Origin: Caldilineales bacterium
Lineage (GTDB): Bacteria > Chloroflexota > Anaerolineae > JAAEKA01
Direction: 5' to 3'
NCBI GenBank assembly: GCA_025055015.1
Contig: JANWYQ010000055.1
Span: 41,371-105,370 of the forward strand
Length of the DNA stretch: 64,000 nt
The notes beneath the pieces are model-generated. The model saw only the letters and a list, made by a program, of their open reading frames with translations, was not told the origin of the DNA and searched no databases. The position numbers and the translations under genes are program-made. This document shows, piece after piece, positions 31,737 to 42,548 of this stretch (positions are counted from its first letter, which is position 1; the number at the start of each line of letters is the position of its first letter).

Positions 31737-33119
31737 TCACGCGGTTCTTCGGCGAGGGATCATGCGCATGCCGTATTTTGGCGTCAAGGTGATCAACGGA
31801 TGTGGCTCTACCCGGTGGCCGGGAGCCAGGTCGAGCGCCAGCCGCTGGACCACGGTGGCCAGGATCAGTAGCCCCTCGGTCATGGCGAACTGGTCGCCGA
31901 TGCACTTGCGGGGACCAGCGCTGAAGGGGATGAAGGCAAAGCGATGCCGACCCTCGCTGTGGGCTTCGTCGAAACGGTCGGGCCAGAAGCGCTCCGGCTC
32001 CTCCCAGTAGCGGGGGTTGTGGTGCAGCACGTAGATGTTGATGTGGACGATGGTGCCGCCGGGGATGGCGTAGCCACCCAACATGTCCGCCTCGATGGAG
32101 CGGCGGGCGATGCTCCAGGCCGGCGGGTAGAGGCGCAGCGCCTCCTGGAAGACGTAGCGCGCAAAGGTCAAGCGGGGCAGGTCGTCGAAGGTCGGGGGCC
32201 GGCCCGCCAGCACTTGGTCTACCTCGGCGTAGAGCCGCTCCGCCTCCTCGGGGTGCTGCGAGAGCAAATAGAAGGTCCAGGTCAGCGCGTTGGCGGTGGT
32301 CTCGTGGCCGGCCAACAGGATGGTCATCACCTCGTCCCGCAGCTGTTGGTCGGTCATGCCTTCGCCGGTCTCCTCGTCCACCGCCTCCATCAGCAAGGAG
32401 AGGAGATCGTCCGGCGCAGCCGCCGCGCCCTGCCGCCGCCGCGTCGCGATGATCTCCTGCACCACCGCGTCCATGCTGCGCACTGCCTGTTTAAACTGGC
32501 GGTTGCTGCGGGTGGGAAGCTGCGGCAGGAGCAGGGAGAGGAAGTTCTTGAACCCAAAGTGGGCGTTAGCCTGGCGGAAGGCGCGGCCGAACTCGTTGGC
32601 CTCGTCCCCCAGGTCGAAGCTGAGCAGCGCGCGGCCGACGATGGTTAAGGTCAGCCGCGCCATCTCCTGGTCCAGCGCAATGGCCTCGCCCCGCTGGATG
32701 GCCGGCTCCCACGTCTCCAGGGCGGCAAGGGTGGCCTCCACCATCATGTCGGCCAGGGCGGCGATGCGTTGGCGGTGGAACGCGGGCTGCATCAGCCGCC
32801 GCTGGCGCAGCCAGAAGTCGCCGTCGCTGGTCAGCAGGCCGTTGCCCACCAGCGGCCGCAGGAGCTGGTAGTCCATGGTCTGCTTGCTGTAGTTGCGGCT
32901 GTTGGTCTGGAGGACGTGCTGGATGTCCTGCGGGCTGTGCAGGACGATCCCCTCCTCCCCCATGACCTTCATGCGCGCCACATCGCCGAACTCCTGGGCC
33001 ACCCGCAGGCCAAAGCCCAACGGATCGCGCTGCATGTCGAACAGGCTGCCGATGTAGGGCAGGCCCGGCACCGCCGGCACGCGGCGTAGGTCGGCAAGAG
33101 AAACGCTGGAGACGCCCAT
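31737..33119 (-). CDS. Cytochrome P450
   Basis: AGHETTA, EALR, PERF, FIPFSAGPRKCIG. Confidence 0.96.
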   Translation of the reverse strand: MGVSSVSLADLRRVPAVPGLPYIGSLFDMQRDPLGFGLRVAQEFGDVARMKVMGEEGIVLHSPQDIQHVLQTNSRNYSKQTMDYQLLRPLVGNGLLTSDGDFWLRQRRLMQPAFHRQRIAALADMMVEATLAALETWEPAIQRGEAIALDQEMARLTLTIVGRALLSFDLGDEANEFGRAFRQANAHFGFKNFLSLLLPQLPTRSNRQFKQAVRSMDAVVQEIIATRRRQGAAAAPDDLLSLLMEAVDEETGEGMTDQQLRDEVMTILLAGHETTANALTWTFYLLSQHPEEAERLYAEVDQVLAGRPPTFDDLPRLTFARYVFQEALRLYPPAWSIARRSIEADMLGGYAIPGGTIVHINIYVLHHNPRYWEEPERFWPDRFDEAHSEGRHRFAFIPFSAGPRKCIGDQFAMTEGLLILATVVQRLALDLAPGHRVEPHPLITLTPKYGMRMIPRRRTA

Positions 33120-33212
33120 TGCTACTCACTCCTTTTCAAGATCACCCATCGCTGTCGCACGATGCCCTGGTGTTCACCAACTCAAGCCTCTGCGCCGGTC
33201 AAGGTTTCTCCC

Positions 33213-34298
33213 TCACAAGTCGCTCAAGTCATCCAGCCGCGGCGGGCGGTCGCAGGTGCTGCCGAGGACGACGTGCTGGCCGCAACGCGCCGACTCCAGG
33301 ATGGCGTGCATGGCGTCCAACACGTGGTAGGCCATCTGGCCGTTAGCGCGGTGGGGCCGGCCGCCGCGAATGGCTGCCGCCATTTCGGCCACGCCGATGC
33401 CGCGGCTTTGATCTCGCCGGCCCGCCACCAGCGGCGCCTCCTCCCAGGCCTGGGTGGACGTCCGCCAGAGCTGCACGGGTCCGTCGAAGAAGTTGGGGTC
33501 TGGACAGAGCAGGGTGCCCTCGCTGCCGTAGACCTCGATGCGGGGCAGGGTGCTGGCCCAAACGTCGAAGCTGGTGATGAGGGTGGCGATGGGCCCGGCC
33601 GCGAACTCCAACAGGCCGGCCACGTGGGTGGGGGTCTGCACGACGATGCGCTGCCCGCGCTTGGGCTGGCTGCCGATGACGCGCTCCGGGAAGGAGATGC
33701 GCGCGGCGCCGGCTACCCGGCGGATTGGCCCCAGCAGGTGGATCAGCGCAGTCAGGTAGTAGGGCGCCATGTCAAACAGCGGACCGCCGCCGTGCTGGTA
33801 GAAGAACTCCGGGTCGGGGTGCCATCCCTCCGGCCCGTGGCCCATCATGAAGGCCGTGGCGCCCACCGGCTGGCCGATGGCGCCGTCGTCCAGGAGCTGG
33901 CGACAGGTTTGCAGGCCGGCGCCCAGAAAGGTGTCGGGCGCGGCGCCCACCCGCAGTCCGCGCTCGGCGGCCAGCGCCAGCAGCGCTGCGCCGTCCGCGC
34001 GCTCGATGGCCAGGGGTTTCTCGTTGTACACCGACTTGCCGGCCAGCAGGGCGGCGCGCGCCACCTCCGCGTGGGCGCTGGGCACCGTCAGGTTCAGCAC
34101 GATCTCCACCGCAGGGTCGGCCAGCAGCGCGTCCACGGTCAAGGCGCGCACGCCGAACTTGCGCGCCTGAGCCTCGGCGCGCGCCATGTCAATGTCCGCG
34201 CAGGCCACCACCCGCACCCCGCGGAACTGGCCCAGCACCTCCATGTAGGTGCCGCTGATGTTGCCGCAGCCCACAACGCCAATCCCGGTCGGCTTCAT
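33213..34298 (-). CDS. Gfo/Idh/MocA oxidoreductase
   Basis: [25 protein letters not shown]. Confidence 0.92.
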   Translation of the reverse strand: MKPTGIGVVGCGNISGTYMEVLGQFRGVRVVACADIDMARAEAQARKFGVRALTVDALLADPAVEIVLNLTVPSAHAEVARAALLAGKSVYNEKPLAIERADGAALLALAAERGLRVGAAPDTFLGAGLQTCRQLLDDGAIGQPVGATAFMMGHGPEGWHPDPEFFYQHGGGPLFDMAPYYLTALIHLLGPIRRVAGAARISFPERVIGSQPKRGQRIVVQTPTHVAGLLEFAAGPIATLITSFDVWASTLPRIEVYGSEGTLLCPDPNFFDGPVQLWRTSTQAWEEAPLVAGRRDQSRGIGVAEMAAAIRGGRPHRANGQMAYHVLDAMHAILESARCGQHVVLGSTCDRPPRLDDLSDL

Positions 34299-34302
34299 GG
34301 CC

Positions 34303-35049
34303 TCACCTCCCCACCAGTCCGCTCAGGTAGCGGTAGCTGCGCTCGACGGCCGTCATCATGTCGGTGGCGCAGCGATCCAGCTCCACAATCAGCCACGCCG
34401 GATGCCCGTCGGCGGCCGCCAGCACGGCCGGAAAATCCATCACGCCGTCGCCCACGGCCACCATGGGGTCGTCCGGGGTGCCGGGGCCGTCCTTGATGTG
34501 CAGCAGCGCTGCGCGTGGGCCCAGGTCCCGCAGCAGCGCCGCCGGGTCAACGCCGCCGACGCGCGCCCAGTAGGTGTCCACCTCCAACATCACCGCCGGG
34601 TCCAGGCGCTCTAGCAGGTGGTAGAGGGCCGGCCGCCCGGCCACCGGCTGCAGCTCGAAGGCGTGGTTGTGGTAGAAGAGCTGGACGCCGTAGGCCGCGG
34701 CCAGCCGTGCGGCCTCGTTTAAGGCCTCCGCGGCGCGCGCGATGCCGTCCAGCGACTGGAAGAGCTCCGGCGGCTGCCAAGGGACCACGGCGCGGGCGCA
34801 GCCCAGCAGCGCCAAGGTGTCGAACACCTCGGCTTGGTTCTCGCGGGTGGGCATCGGCACGTGCGCGCTGCAGACGGTCAGGCCCAGGGCGCGAAACAGG
34901 CGCGCTGCGGCTTCGGGCGTCGAACCGGGGAAGCCGGCCGTCTCCACCCCCTGGTAGCCCATGGCGGCGATCCGACGAACGACACCAGTGAAATCGGCGG
35001 GCAGGATGTCCCGCACGGAGTACAGCTGCACAGCGATTGGTAGGGGCAT
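34303..35049 (-). CDS. Sugar phosphate isomerase/epimerase (xylose-isomerase-like TIM barrel)
   Basis: QLYSVR, YHNH..E, EVDTYW, LHIKD, IVE.D. Confidence 0.88.
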   Translation of the reverse strand: MPLPIAVQLYSVRDILPADFTGVVRRIAAMGYQGVETAGFPGSTPEAAARLFRALGLTVCSAHVPMPTRENQAEVFDTLALLGCARAVVPWQPPELFQSLDGIARAAEALNEAARLAAAYGVQLFYHNHAFELQPVAGRPALYHLLERLDPAVMLEVDTYWARVGGVDPAALLRDLGPRAALLHIKDGPGTPDDPMVAVGDGVMDFPAVLAAADGHPAWLIVELDRCATDMMTAVERSYRYLSGLVGR

Positions 35050-35280
35050 AGGGCACACGTCCTCTCGTGAAAAGATACGCCCGAATTGTAAACGGGTCTT
35101 GTGCCCTTTGCAACTATTGCAGTGCGCTCCCGTTGGCGGGCAGGATATCCCGCTCACCTTTCTGAGCAGCACGGACCGGCAACGAGGCCGACGTCTTGGC
35201 GTGTTCTGGAGCGCTCCCCCATCTGGTGACCATGCTCACCGATCCTGCGTTAGACTTGCGCTAGAGTTGTCGCAGAAAGA

Positions 35281-35310
35281 TTGACAACACCTGGACAGGT
35301 TTGCTATACT
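35281..35310 (+). promoter_or_regulatory. Sigma70-type promoter with a palindrome in the spacer
   Basis: TTGACA-N18-TATACT with extended -10 TG; ACCTG-GA-CAGGT in the spacer. Confidence 0.65.
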
Positions 35311-35374
35311 GAGGTTGGCGACACAGCGCAGAGAACGACGTGCTGGTTGATGAAGCGAAAGAGGAGGTCGGACT

Positions 35375-36529
35375 ATGAAGGCGAATGTGCGACTCGGACG
35401 CATCTGGAACATACCGATCGGGCTCAACTACAGCTGGTTCTTGATCTTTGGCCTGGCTACCTGGTCCCTGGCGCTGGGGATTTTCCCGGCGGCTGCACCG
35501 GCGCTGAGCCCCGCAGCCTATTGGCTGATGGGCGCGCTGACCAGCGTGCTCTTCTTCGGTTCAGTGCTGGCCCACGAGCTAGGGCATGCGTTGATGGCTC
35601 TGCGCCACCGCGTGCCGGTGCGGGCCATCACCTTGTTCTTCTTCGGGGGCGTGGCCGAGATCGCGCGCGAGCCACGGTCGGCGGGCGCCGAGTTCCGCAT
35701 CGCCATCGCCGGCCCGCTGGTGAGCGTGATGCTGGCTGCGCTCTTCGGCGCCCTGGCCCTGCTGGCAGGCCCCAACCCCTACATCGCTGAGCCCGCAGCC
35801 TGGCTGGCGCGCATCAACCTGGTGCTGGCAGCCTTCAACATGCTACCCGGTTTCCCCCTGGACGGCGGTCGCGTCTTCCGGGCAGTGGTGTGGCAGCTGA
35901 CCGGCAGCGAGCTGCGAGCCACCCAGGTGTCCACGGCCGTGGGCCAGCTGGTGGCCGCCGGCTTCGTCGGCATCGGCGTCCTCAGCGCGCTGACGGGCAA
36001 CGTGTTCAACGGCCTGTGGCTGATCTTCCTGGGCCTGTTCCTGAACGGCGCCGCCGCTGCCAGCCGTCAGCAGGCGGAGATGCGCCAGGCGCTGAACGGG
36101 CTAACGGTGGGCCAGCTCATGAACCGCACGGTGCTGCGGGTGCCCAGCTGGGTGACCGCCGGCGACCTGCTGACGCCGGCCACCATCAGCCAGGGCCACC
36201 GCAGCTTCCTGGTGGAGGACTTCGGCCAGGTGCGCGGGCTGCTGAGCCTGGCCGACGCCCACCGCTGGCCGCGGTTGGGCTGGCGTCGCATGAAGGTGGG
36301 GGAGCTCATGACGCCCCACGCCGACCTAGCGGTGGTCACCCCCGACACCGACATCTTGGCGGCGCTGCAGACGCTGGAGGAGCGCGGCCTGCCCCTGCTG
36401 TTGGTGGTGGACCCCTACACCGGCCAGGTGATCGGCACCCTCTCCAGCGAGCAGATCCTCAACTACCTGCGCTGGCAATCTTTCTTGCCCGGTCGTCCCG
36501 GTCGCGCTAGCTCGCAGCCGGTGGCGTGA
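35375..36529 (+). CDS. Site-2 protease (M50) with C-terminal CBS domains
   Basis: HELGH, IAIAGP, FNMLPGFPLDGG; CBS-like C-terminus. Confidence 0.92.
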   Translation: MKANVRLGRIWNIPIGLNYSWFLIFGLATWSLALGIFPAAAPALSPAAYWLMGALTSVLFFGSVLAHELGHALMALRHRVPVRAITLFFFGGVAEIAREPRSAGAEFRIAIAGPLVSVMLAALFGALALLAGPNPYIAEPAAWLARINLVLAAFNMLPGFPLDGGRVFRAVVWQLTGSELRATQVSTAVGQLVAAGFVGIGVLSALTGNVFNGLWLIFLGLFLNGAAAASRQQAEMRQALNGLTVGQLMNRTVLRVPSWVTAGDLLTPATISQGHRSFLVEDFGQVRGLLSLADAHRWPRLGWRRMKVGELMTPHADLAVVTPDTDILAALQTLEERGLPLLLVVDPYTGQVIGTLSSEQILNYLRWQSFLPGRPGRASSQPVA

Positions 36530-36673
36530 CCCGAAGCTGCGCCAGACGACCCGTTTCAGGCCCGGCGCTCGCTCAAGAGCGTCGGGCCTTTGTGTTGGGG
36601 GGCACACAGTTTTGCTCTGACGCCCTTTTCATGGCATCATGCGCGGGCACAGCTTACGGTCGAAAGGTCGTCC

Positions 36674-38347
36674 ATGTCCGTTGTCCATCGCGTGGTGCGC
36701 CGCCCTGACACCACCCTGGTGACCTTCGGCGGCGCTCCCGAGCACACCTACAAGCTGAGCCAGCGCCAGGTCACCCAGGTGGAGCAGCAGGCCGGCCGCG
36801 CCTTGGAGTTCCTGTCGGAGCGGGAGCTGGCGGCCACCATGCAGTACCTGGGCATTCGCTCCCTGCCCCTGAGCTCCGCCGACCAGGCCACCTTGGCGGC
36901 CATCCGCCAGCAGGCGACGCCGGTGGCCCCTCCCCTCGTCCAGCCGTCGGCTGCGGTGCCCCCGGTTCCGCCGGCCGCCGAGCCGCCGGAGTACCCCTAC
37001 GTCGAGGAGCCTGCCGGTGCGCGCTGGCCTCTGATCTTCGGCCTGCTGGCCTTGGGCATCGTGCTGCTGGGCGCCGTGCTGGCGTTCATCTTCCTGAGCC
37101 GCACCGGCGGGCTGGCGCGCGCCACGCCGACGCCCCTGCCTGGCGAGCCGCGCGCGATCGCCCAGCGCACGACCACGGCCTTCGCCGGCCCTAGCGACGT
37201 GTACCCGGCCGTAGGCGAGCTGCGCGCGGGCGAGGAGGCAGCCATCCTGGGTGTGTCGGCCGATCGCAGCTGGTGGCTGGTCCAGCTCCCGGCTGCGGCA
37301 GGTGGCCAAGGGTGGGTGTCTGCTGCGGCAGTGCGCGCGGAGAACGCAGACAACGTGCCCATCGTGCCGCCGCCGCCCCTGCCCACCGCCACGCCGACGC
37401 TCACCCCCACCGCCACGCCCACCCCGCAGCCCACCCTGGCGCCGCCGGTGGCGGCTGTTGACGGCCCCAGCCAGGCGCCCGCCGGCCAGCCGTTGCTCTT
37501 CAGCGGCCGCCGCTCGGCTGCTGCGCCGGGGGCCATCATCGTGCGCTACGACTGGGACTTCGGCGACGGCAGCGTCGCCAGCGGCCCCGAGGTCACCAAG
37601 GTCTACGATCGGCCGGGCGTGTATACCGTGCGTCTCACGGTCCTCGACGACCGCGGGCAGCAAGGACAGGCCGCCCTTCAAGTGGTGGTGCAACCGCCTA
37701 CCCCTGTGCCGCCGCCCACGGCCATCATCAGCGGCCCGGCCCAGGTGACCGCCGGCGAGCGGGTCGTCTTCGACGGCGGCGCGTCTACCGGGGTCAACCC
37801 CATCGTCGGCTACTTCTGGGAGTTCGGCGACGGCCAGGTGGCCAGCGGCATGCGGGTAGAGCACGTCTTTGACCTGCCCGGCACCTACACCGTCGTGTTG
37901 ACGGTGCAGGACTCGGCGGGCGCTACGGGGGTGGCCGGCCTGGTGGTGCGGGTGAGCCCGCCTCCCACCCCCACGCCCACTGCGACGCCTCTGCCTACGC
38001 CCACGCCGACCCCATCGCCGGCTGGCCTGGAGAACGTGAGCTGGGTGCTGCTCGACACCCTGCCCGGCAGCACCATCACGGCGCTCTTCCGAGGCGGCCA
38101 AGTGAGCGGCTTCGCCGGCTGCAACAACTACATCGGCAGCTACCAGGTGGACGGCGACCGGCTAAGCATCTCCGGCCTGGTGGCGGGCCAGCAAAGCTGC
38201 GCCGCCGAGCTCCTGGAGCAGGAGCAACGCTACTTGCTGCAGCTCGGCAGCGCCCAGCGCTACGAGCTCCAGAACGGCCAGCTGGTGATCTTCATCGCCG
38301 GGCCGATCCAGCCTAACACCCTGACCTACGTCCCGGCTCCCCGCTGA
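36674..38347 (+). CDS. Single-pass membrane protein with SH3-like, 2x PKD and META-like domains
   Basis: TM helix; GPS..YP..GEL...WW...GWV; two WDFGDG/WEFGDG..Y.V.LTV; SGFAGCNNY.GSY; PT-rich linkers. Confidence 0.82.
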   Translation: MSVVHRVVRRPDTTLVTFGGAPEHTYKLSQRQVTQVEQQAGRALEFLSERELAATMQYLGIRSLPLSSADQATLAAIRQQATPVAPPLVQPSAAVPPVPPAAEPPEYPYVEEPAGARWPLIFGLLALGIVLLGAVLAFIFLSRTGGLARATPTPLPGEPRAIAQRTTTAFAGPSDVYPAVGELRAGEEAAILGVSADRSWWLVQLPAAAGGQGWVSAAAVRAENADNVPIVPPPPLPTATPTLTPTATPTPQPTLAPPVAAVDGPSQAPAGQPLLFSGRRSAAAPGAIIVRYDWDFGDGSVASGPEVTKVYDRPGVYTVRLTVLDDRGQQGQAALQVVVQPPTPVPPPTAIISGPAQVTAGERVVFDGGASTGVNPIVGYFWEFGDGQVASGMRVEHVFDLPGTYTVVLTVQDSAGATGVAGLVVRVSPPPTPTPTATPLPTPTPTPSPAGLENVSWVLLDTLPGSTITALFRGGQVSGFAGCNNYIGSYQVDGDRLSISGLVAGQQSCAAELLEQEQRYLLQLGSAQRYELQNGQLVIFIAGPIQPNTLTYVPAPR

Positions 38348-38370
38348 CTGCGCCTCTGAGGTGGCCCAAC

Positions 38371-38835
38371 ATGCGCCGATGGATCCTTGCATTGCTGATG
38401 GTGGGCCTGGCTGCTGGCCTGTTACCCCAGCCGGCAGCGGCTCAGGCTGCCACCGTGCCCCACTTGGTGCAACCCAACGAGACCCTGTCGAGCATTGCCC
38501 GCCGCTACTGTACCACATGGCAGGAGGTCTACAGCCTCAACCGCCACATCATCGGTCCCAGCCCTGATTACCTGCGCTTCGGCATCGTGATCCAGGTGCC
38601 CAACCGGTGTGGCGGCAGCCCCCCTTCCGGCGGTGTGTACGACCGCGGTCCGCGGCCCCATGCCCAGGGAACGCGGGTGGGCAACGTCTATACTGTGGCG
38701 CCGGGCGACACGCTGTTCTCCATCGGCCAGCGGTTCGGCGTAGCGGTGGCGACCCTGGCCGCGGCCAACGGCATCCCCAATCCTTGGCGCATCGTAGCCG
38801 GCCAACGGCTGACTATCCCCGGCCTGTCCGGTTGA
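38371..38835 (+). CDS. Secreted protein with two LysM domains
   Basis: Signal peptide; HLVQPNETLSSIARRY and YTVAPGDTLFSIGQRFGV. Confidence 0.9.
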   Translation: MRRWILALLMVGLAAGLLPQPAAAQAATVPHLVQPNETLSSIARRYCTTWQEVYSLNRHIIGPSPDYLRFGIVIQVPNRCGGSPPSGGVYDRGPRPHAQGTRVGNVYTVAPGDTLFSIGQRFGVAVATLAAANGIPNPWRIVAGQRLTIPGLSG

Positions 38836-38851
38836 CCTGTGGGAGACACCG

Positions 38852-40156
38852 ATGATCTATACGCTGTTGCATCGCGCCCCCTTGCTGGAGACAGTGGAGG
38901 CCCTGCGCAGCGGGCGCCTCGGCCTGCACGCCTACGTTGACCAGGTGTGCGACCGCATTGACCAGGTGGAGCCGACGTTGCAGACCTTGCTGCCAGAGCC
39001 CGACCGCCGCCGCCGGCTGCACGCCGAGGCGGATCGCCTGTCCGCCGCCTACCCTAACCCGGCCCGTCGGCCGCCGCTGTTCGGGGCCCTAGTGGGGGTC
39101 AAGGACGTCATCCACGTGGATGGCTTCGTCACCCGCGCCGGCACGGCTGTGCCGCCCGAGGCCTTCGCCGGCCCCGAGGCGACGTGCATTCGCCAGCTGC
39201 GCTCAGCCGGCGCGCTGGTGCTGGGCAAGACCGTCACCACCGAGTTCGCCTACTTCGAGCCGGGGCCGACGCGCAACCCGCATAACCCGGCCCACACGCC
39301 GGGCGGCTCCAGCAGCGGCTCGGCCGCGGCGGTGGCCGCCGGCTTAGCCACCCTGGCCCTAGGCACGCAGACCATGGGCTCGGTGATCCGGCCGGCGGCC
39401 TTCTGCGGCGTGGTCGGCTTCAAGCCCAGCCTGGGGCGGATCGAGACCCAGGGGCTGGTCTACTTCTCCCGCGCCATGGACCACGTGGGGCTGTTCACCC
39501 AAGACGTGGCCGGGATGGCGCTGGCTGCTGGGGTTCTCTGTCGGGGGTGGCGCGGCCTGCCGGCCCAGAGGCGGCTACCGGCAGTCGGCGTGCCCGTGGG
39601 GCCCTACCTGGAGCAGGCCGAGCCGGCGGCGCTGGCCGCGTTCTGGGCGCAGGTTGAGCGGCTGGCCGCCGGCGGCGTGACCGTGCGCGAGGTGCCGGCG
39701 CTGGCGGACATCGCGCAGATCGCCCGGCGGCATCGCACCCTGGTGTTTGCCGAGTTCGCCCAGGAACACGGCGCTCTCTACGACCGCTACCGCTCGCTGT
39801 ACCGGCCGCGCACCGCGGAGATCGTGGAGCTGGGCCGCCGCGTCACCCCTATGGAGCTGGCCGAGGCGCGAGCGAGCGCCAGCAAGCTGCGCCACGAGAT
39901 AGAGCTACTGATGAGCCGCACGGGCGTTGATCTGTGGGCAACGCCGGCCGCGCGCGGGCCGGCGCCTCTTGGCTTGGAGAGCACCGGCGACCCGGCCATG
40001 AACCTGCCCTGGACCCATGCCGGCTTGCCGGCTATCACCTTGCCCGCCGGCCGCGCCGAGAACGGCCTGCCGCTGGGGCTGCAGCTGGTAGCGCGCTTCG
40101 GGGAGGACGAGGCGCTGTTGGGATGGGCCCAGGAGCTAGCGGGGCTGCTAGCCTGA
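38852..40156 (+). CDS. Amidase-signature family enzyme
   Basis: GVKD, GKTVTTEFA, PGGSSSGSAAAV, GTQT.GSVIRPAAFCG. Confidence 0.92.
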   Translation: MIYTLLHRAPLLETVEALRSGRLGLHAYVDQVCDRIDQVEPTLQTLLPEPDRRRRLHAEADRLSAAYPNPARRPPLFGALVGVKDVIHVDGFVTRAGTAVPPEAFAGPEATCIRQLRSAGALVLGKTVTTEFAYFEPGPTRNPHNPAHTPGGSSSGSAAAVAAGLATLALGTQTMGSVIRPAAFCGVVGFKPSLGRIETQGLVYFSRAMDHVGLFTQDVAGMALAAGVLCRGWRGLPAQRRLPAVGVPVGPYLEQAEPAALAAFWAQVERLAAGGVTVREVPALADIAQIARRHRTLVFAEFAQEHGALYDRYRSLYRPRTAEIVELGRRVTPMELAEARASASKLRHEIELLMSRTGVDLWATPAARGPAPLGLESTGDPAMNLPWTHAGLPAITLPAGRAENGLPLGLQLVARFGEDEALLGWAQELAGLLA

Positions 40157-40369
40157 GCGCGCACGAGGTGCGGCTGTCACGGGGCTTGGGTTGATCGAGG
40201 GGCCCGTAAGGCTCGGTTGCGAGCTGCGACAGGCCCAGCCGCCGGGGCCTCGATAGGCTTTGCCTGCGTCAGAGTTGACAAATGAAGGCCCCTTGCAGTA
40301 AAAAAAGCGCGTCAATCGCGCGTTCTCGTGCTTGTCGTTTTCACCCAGATAGGCAACCGGAGGAGACCC

Positions 40370-41539
40370 ATGGCACTCAGCTCGGCAACCATCGCTGACC
40401 GCCCCGTTGCGGGCACCACCTGGCTCTACAGTCGGCAGTTTGACCTGCGCTACATCTCTCTGAGCGTCATCTTGGTGGCAGCGCCCTACACCGTCTATCT
40501 GCTGCTGCGCAGCGCCGGCCTCTTCCTCCAGCCCATCGCGGCAGGCTTAGGCACCACGGTGGATGACCTCAGCCGTAACTTCGTGAACGCCACGGTCGCC
40601 CTGTTGGTAGGCGGGCCCCACATGTACGCCACCTGGACCCGCACCGGCCTGGACCACGACTTCGCCGCCAAGCACCGCGCCTTCCTGCTCTCAAGCCTGA
40701 TCATCCCCGCGATCGTGGTTACGCTGGCCCTCTCCAACCTCACCCTGCTGCTCACCATCTTCTTTTTCTGGGCCTCCATCCACGTCCTTCACCAGATCAT
40801 CTACATCACCTCTCTCTACAACGAGCGGCAAAGGGCGGCGGCGGCCGTCAACCTCTCCCTCTTCTCGCGGCTGTCTGACTACGCAGTGATCCTGACGGCG
40901 CTCTACCCCCTCGCCGCGTGGAAGATCGCCAACAACCGGTTCACCATTGGCCACAACAACCTGAGCGACATGGTGGCGCAGATCCTGGGCCTCGTGGGGC
41001 TGCGGCCGGGGCCGTGGATGTGGATGCTGGCCGGCAGCGCGTTCGCCATCGCGCTCACCGTGTGGATCGCCAAGACCATCGCCGAGTACCGCGCCGGCGT
41101 GCTGCACAAGCCCAAGACCCTGTTCATTGCCGTGACGGTGGTGGCCTCGTTCTTTGTCCCCGCCTTGGGCAACCTGGACACTGCGTTCCAGGGCATGAAC
41201 GTGTGGCACTCCTTCCAGTACTTGGCCCTGACGTGGATGCTGGTGCACCTGCGCGCGCAGCGGGGCGAGCTGAAGAACTCCCCCTTCCTGCAGCGCCTGG
41301 CCACGGAGACCAAGGACGCCAAGCGCTATTACCTCTTCAACGTCGGCCTGACGGTGGCCACCGTGGTCCTGGCGCTGCTGATCTTCCTGGTGCTGTGGAA
41401 GGGCGCCGGCTACGCCTTCGACGCCGCCTTCGACCGCGGCTACTACATCGCCGTGCTCAGCTTCCTGTGGATGCACTACTACCAGGACCACTACCTCTTT
41501 GCGCACCCGGAGGTGATTACCAAAGGCGGCGTGGTGTGA
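40370..41539 (+). CDS. Polytopic membrane protein of unknown function with His motifs
   Basis: Many TM segments; GGPHMYAT, IHVLHQ, HSFQY, HYYQDH; GGAGGAG RBS. Confidence 0.75.
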   Translation: MALSSATIADRPVAGTTWLYSRQFDLRYISLSVILVAAPYTVYLLLRSAGLFLQPIAAGLGTTVDDLSRNFVNATVALLVGGPHMYATWTRTGLDHDFAAKHRAFLLSSLIIPAIVVTLALSNLTLLLTIFFFWASIHVLHQIIYITSLYNERQRAAAAVNLSLFSRLSDYAVILTALYPLAAWKIANNRFTIGHNNLSDMVAQILGLVGLRPGPWMWMLAGSAFAIALTVWIAKTIAEYRAGVLHKPKTLFIAVTVVASFFVPALGNLDTAFQGMNVWHSFQYLALTWMLVHLRAQRGELKNSPFLQRLATETKDAKRYYLFNVGLTVATVVLALLIFLVLWKGAGYAFDAAFDRGYYIAVLSFLWMHYYQDHYLFAHPEVITKGGVV

Positions 41540-41681
41540 GATGGCTTTAGCCGCTGCGCCTGCCGAGATCTCGAAGAGCCTCGCCGCCGGGGCCCAGGCC
41601 ACCAGGGCATCGTCGTCCGGTGCGCCTACTGGGGCCTCGGCGGCGTTGTTCTGCGCACCGCTCGCCGCGGCGAATACTTCC

Positions 41682-42548
41682 CTACAACAGCTCACGCAGC
41701 GCCACCCAGTCACCCGTCTCCCCCTCGACGCCCACCCCGCGCACGGCCACCCCACCTGCGTCCAGGGCATCGAGCGCCTCGACCGTGTCCGCCCAGCGCC
41801 AGCCGAAGAGCGCGGCCACGGCTCGCTCCGGCGACGCGCCCACCGAGCGCAGGTAGAGCTCGGCCAGCCGACGCCGCGCGTCGGCCTGGCGGATGGGCCG
41901 GGCCAGCTCCGGCAGGTCGGGGTAGAAGCGATGCACCAGGTCGTAGACGAAGGCGTAGCGCCACGCGCCGGCCTCCGCCACCCCTACCGGCAGGATCTTG
42001 AAGTCGGCCTGCAACAGCTCCAGCGCACGCGCAAAGCGGGCGTCGCTCTCCCGGCTGCCCAGGTGGGCCAGCCGGCGCAGGCTGACCGTGTCCAGCGGCC
42101 CCTCGGTCAGCAGCGTCTCGTACACGGCCTTGGCCTCGAAGGGCAGGCGGCCCTCTCGGTATTGCACCAGGTAATCCCGCTCTGGCTCGCCGTAGTTCTC
42201 CGACAGGGCGTAGAAGTAGGGGACCACGTCTAGCGCAATGAAGGTGGCCTTGCGGCGCAGCACCTTGGCGTAGTACCAGCGCCGCGCGCCCAGCAGCTCG
42301 TCCTTCCAGCCCCAGGTGATGTGGCCAGGGTCGTCGTGCTCGCTGGGCACCGGCCGGTCGCCGGCCACCGCCACCCACAGGCTGGGCAGGACCACGTCCT
42401 TGACCGGCCAGAAGTGCACGAAGCCCCGGCGGTTGACGAAAGCGATGGCCTGCTCGCGGGTCGCAACGCGGAGGTCGGGGCGCAGGCAGAAGGCCTCGGC
42501 GCGGTAGGCGGATAGGCGGGCGCGGGAGAGGGAGGGGGTGGTAGCCAT
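41682..42548 (-). CDS. AlkZ-related winged-helix protein (putative DNA glycosylase family)
   Basis: A.AFVNRRGF, PSLW, W.WKD.L, YY.K.LR.K.TF and a wHTH-like segment; similarity judged by eye. Confidence 0.6.
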   Translation of the reverse strand: MATTPSLSRARLSAYRAEAFCLRPDLRVATREQAIAFVNRRGFVHFWPVKDVVLPSLWVAVAGDRPVPSEHDDPGHITWGWKDELLGARRWYYAKVLRRKATFIALDVVPYFYALSENYGEPERDYLVQYREGRLPFEAKAVYETLLTEGPLDTVSLRRLAHLGSRESDARFARALELLQADFKILPVGVAEAGAWRYAFVYDLVHRFYPDLPELARPIRQADARRRLAELYLRSVGASPERAVAALFGWRWADTVEALDALDAGGVAVRGVGVEGETGDWVALRELL

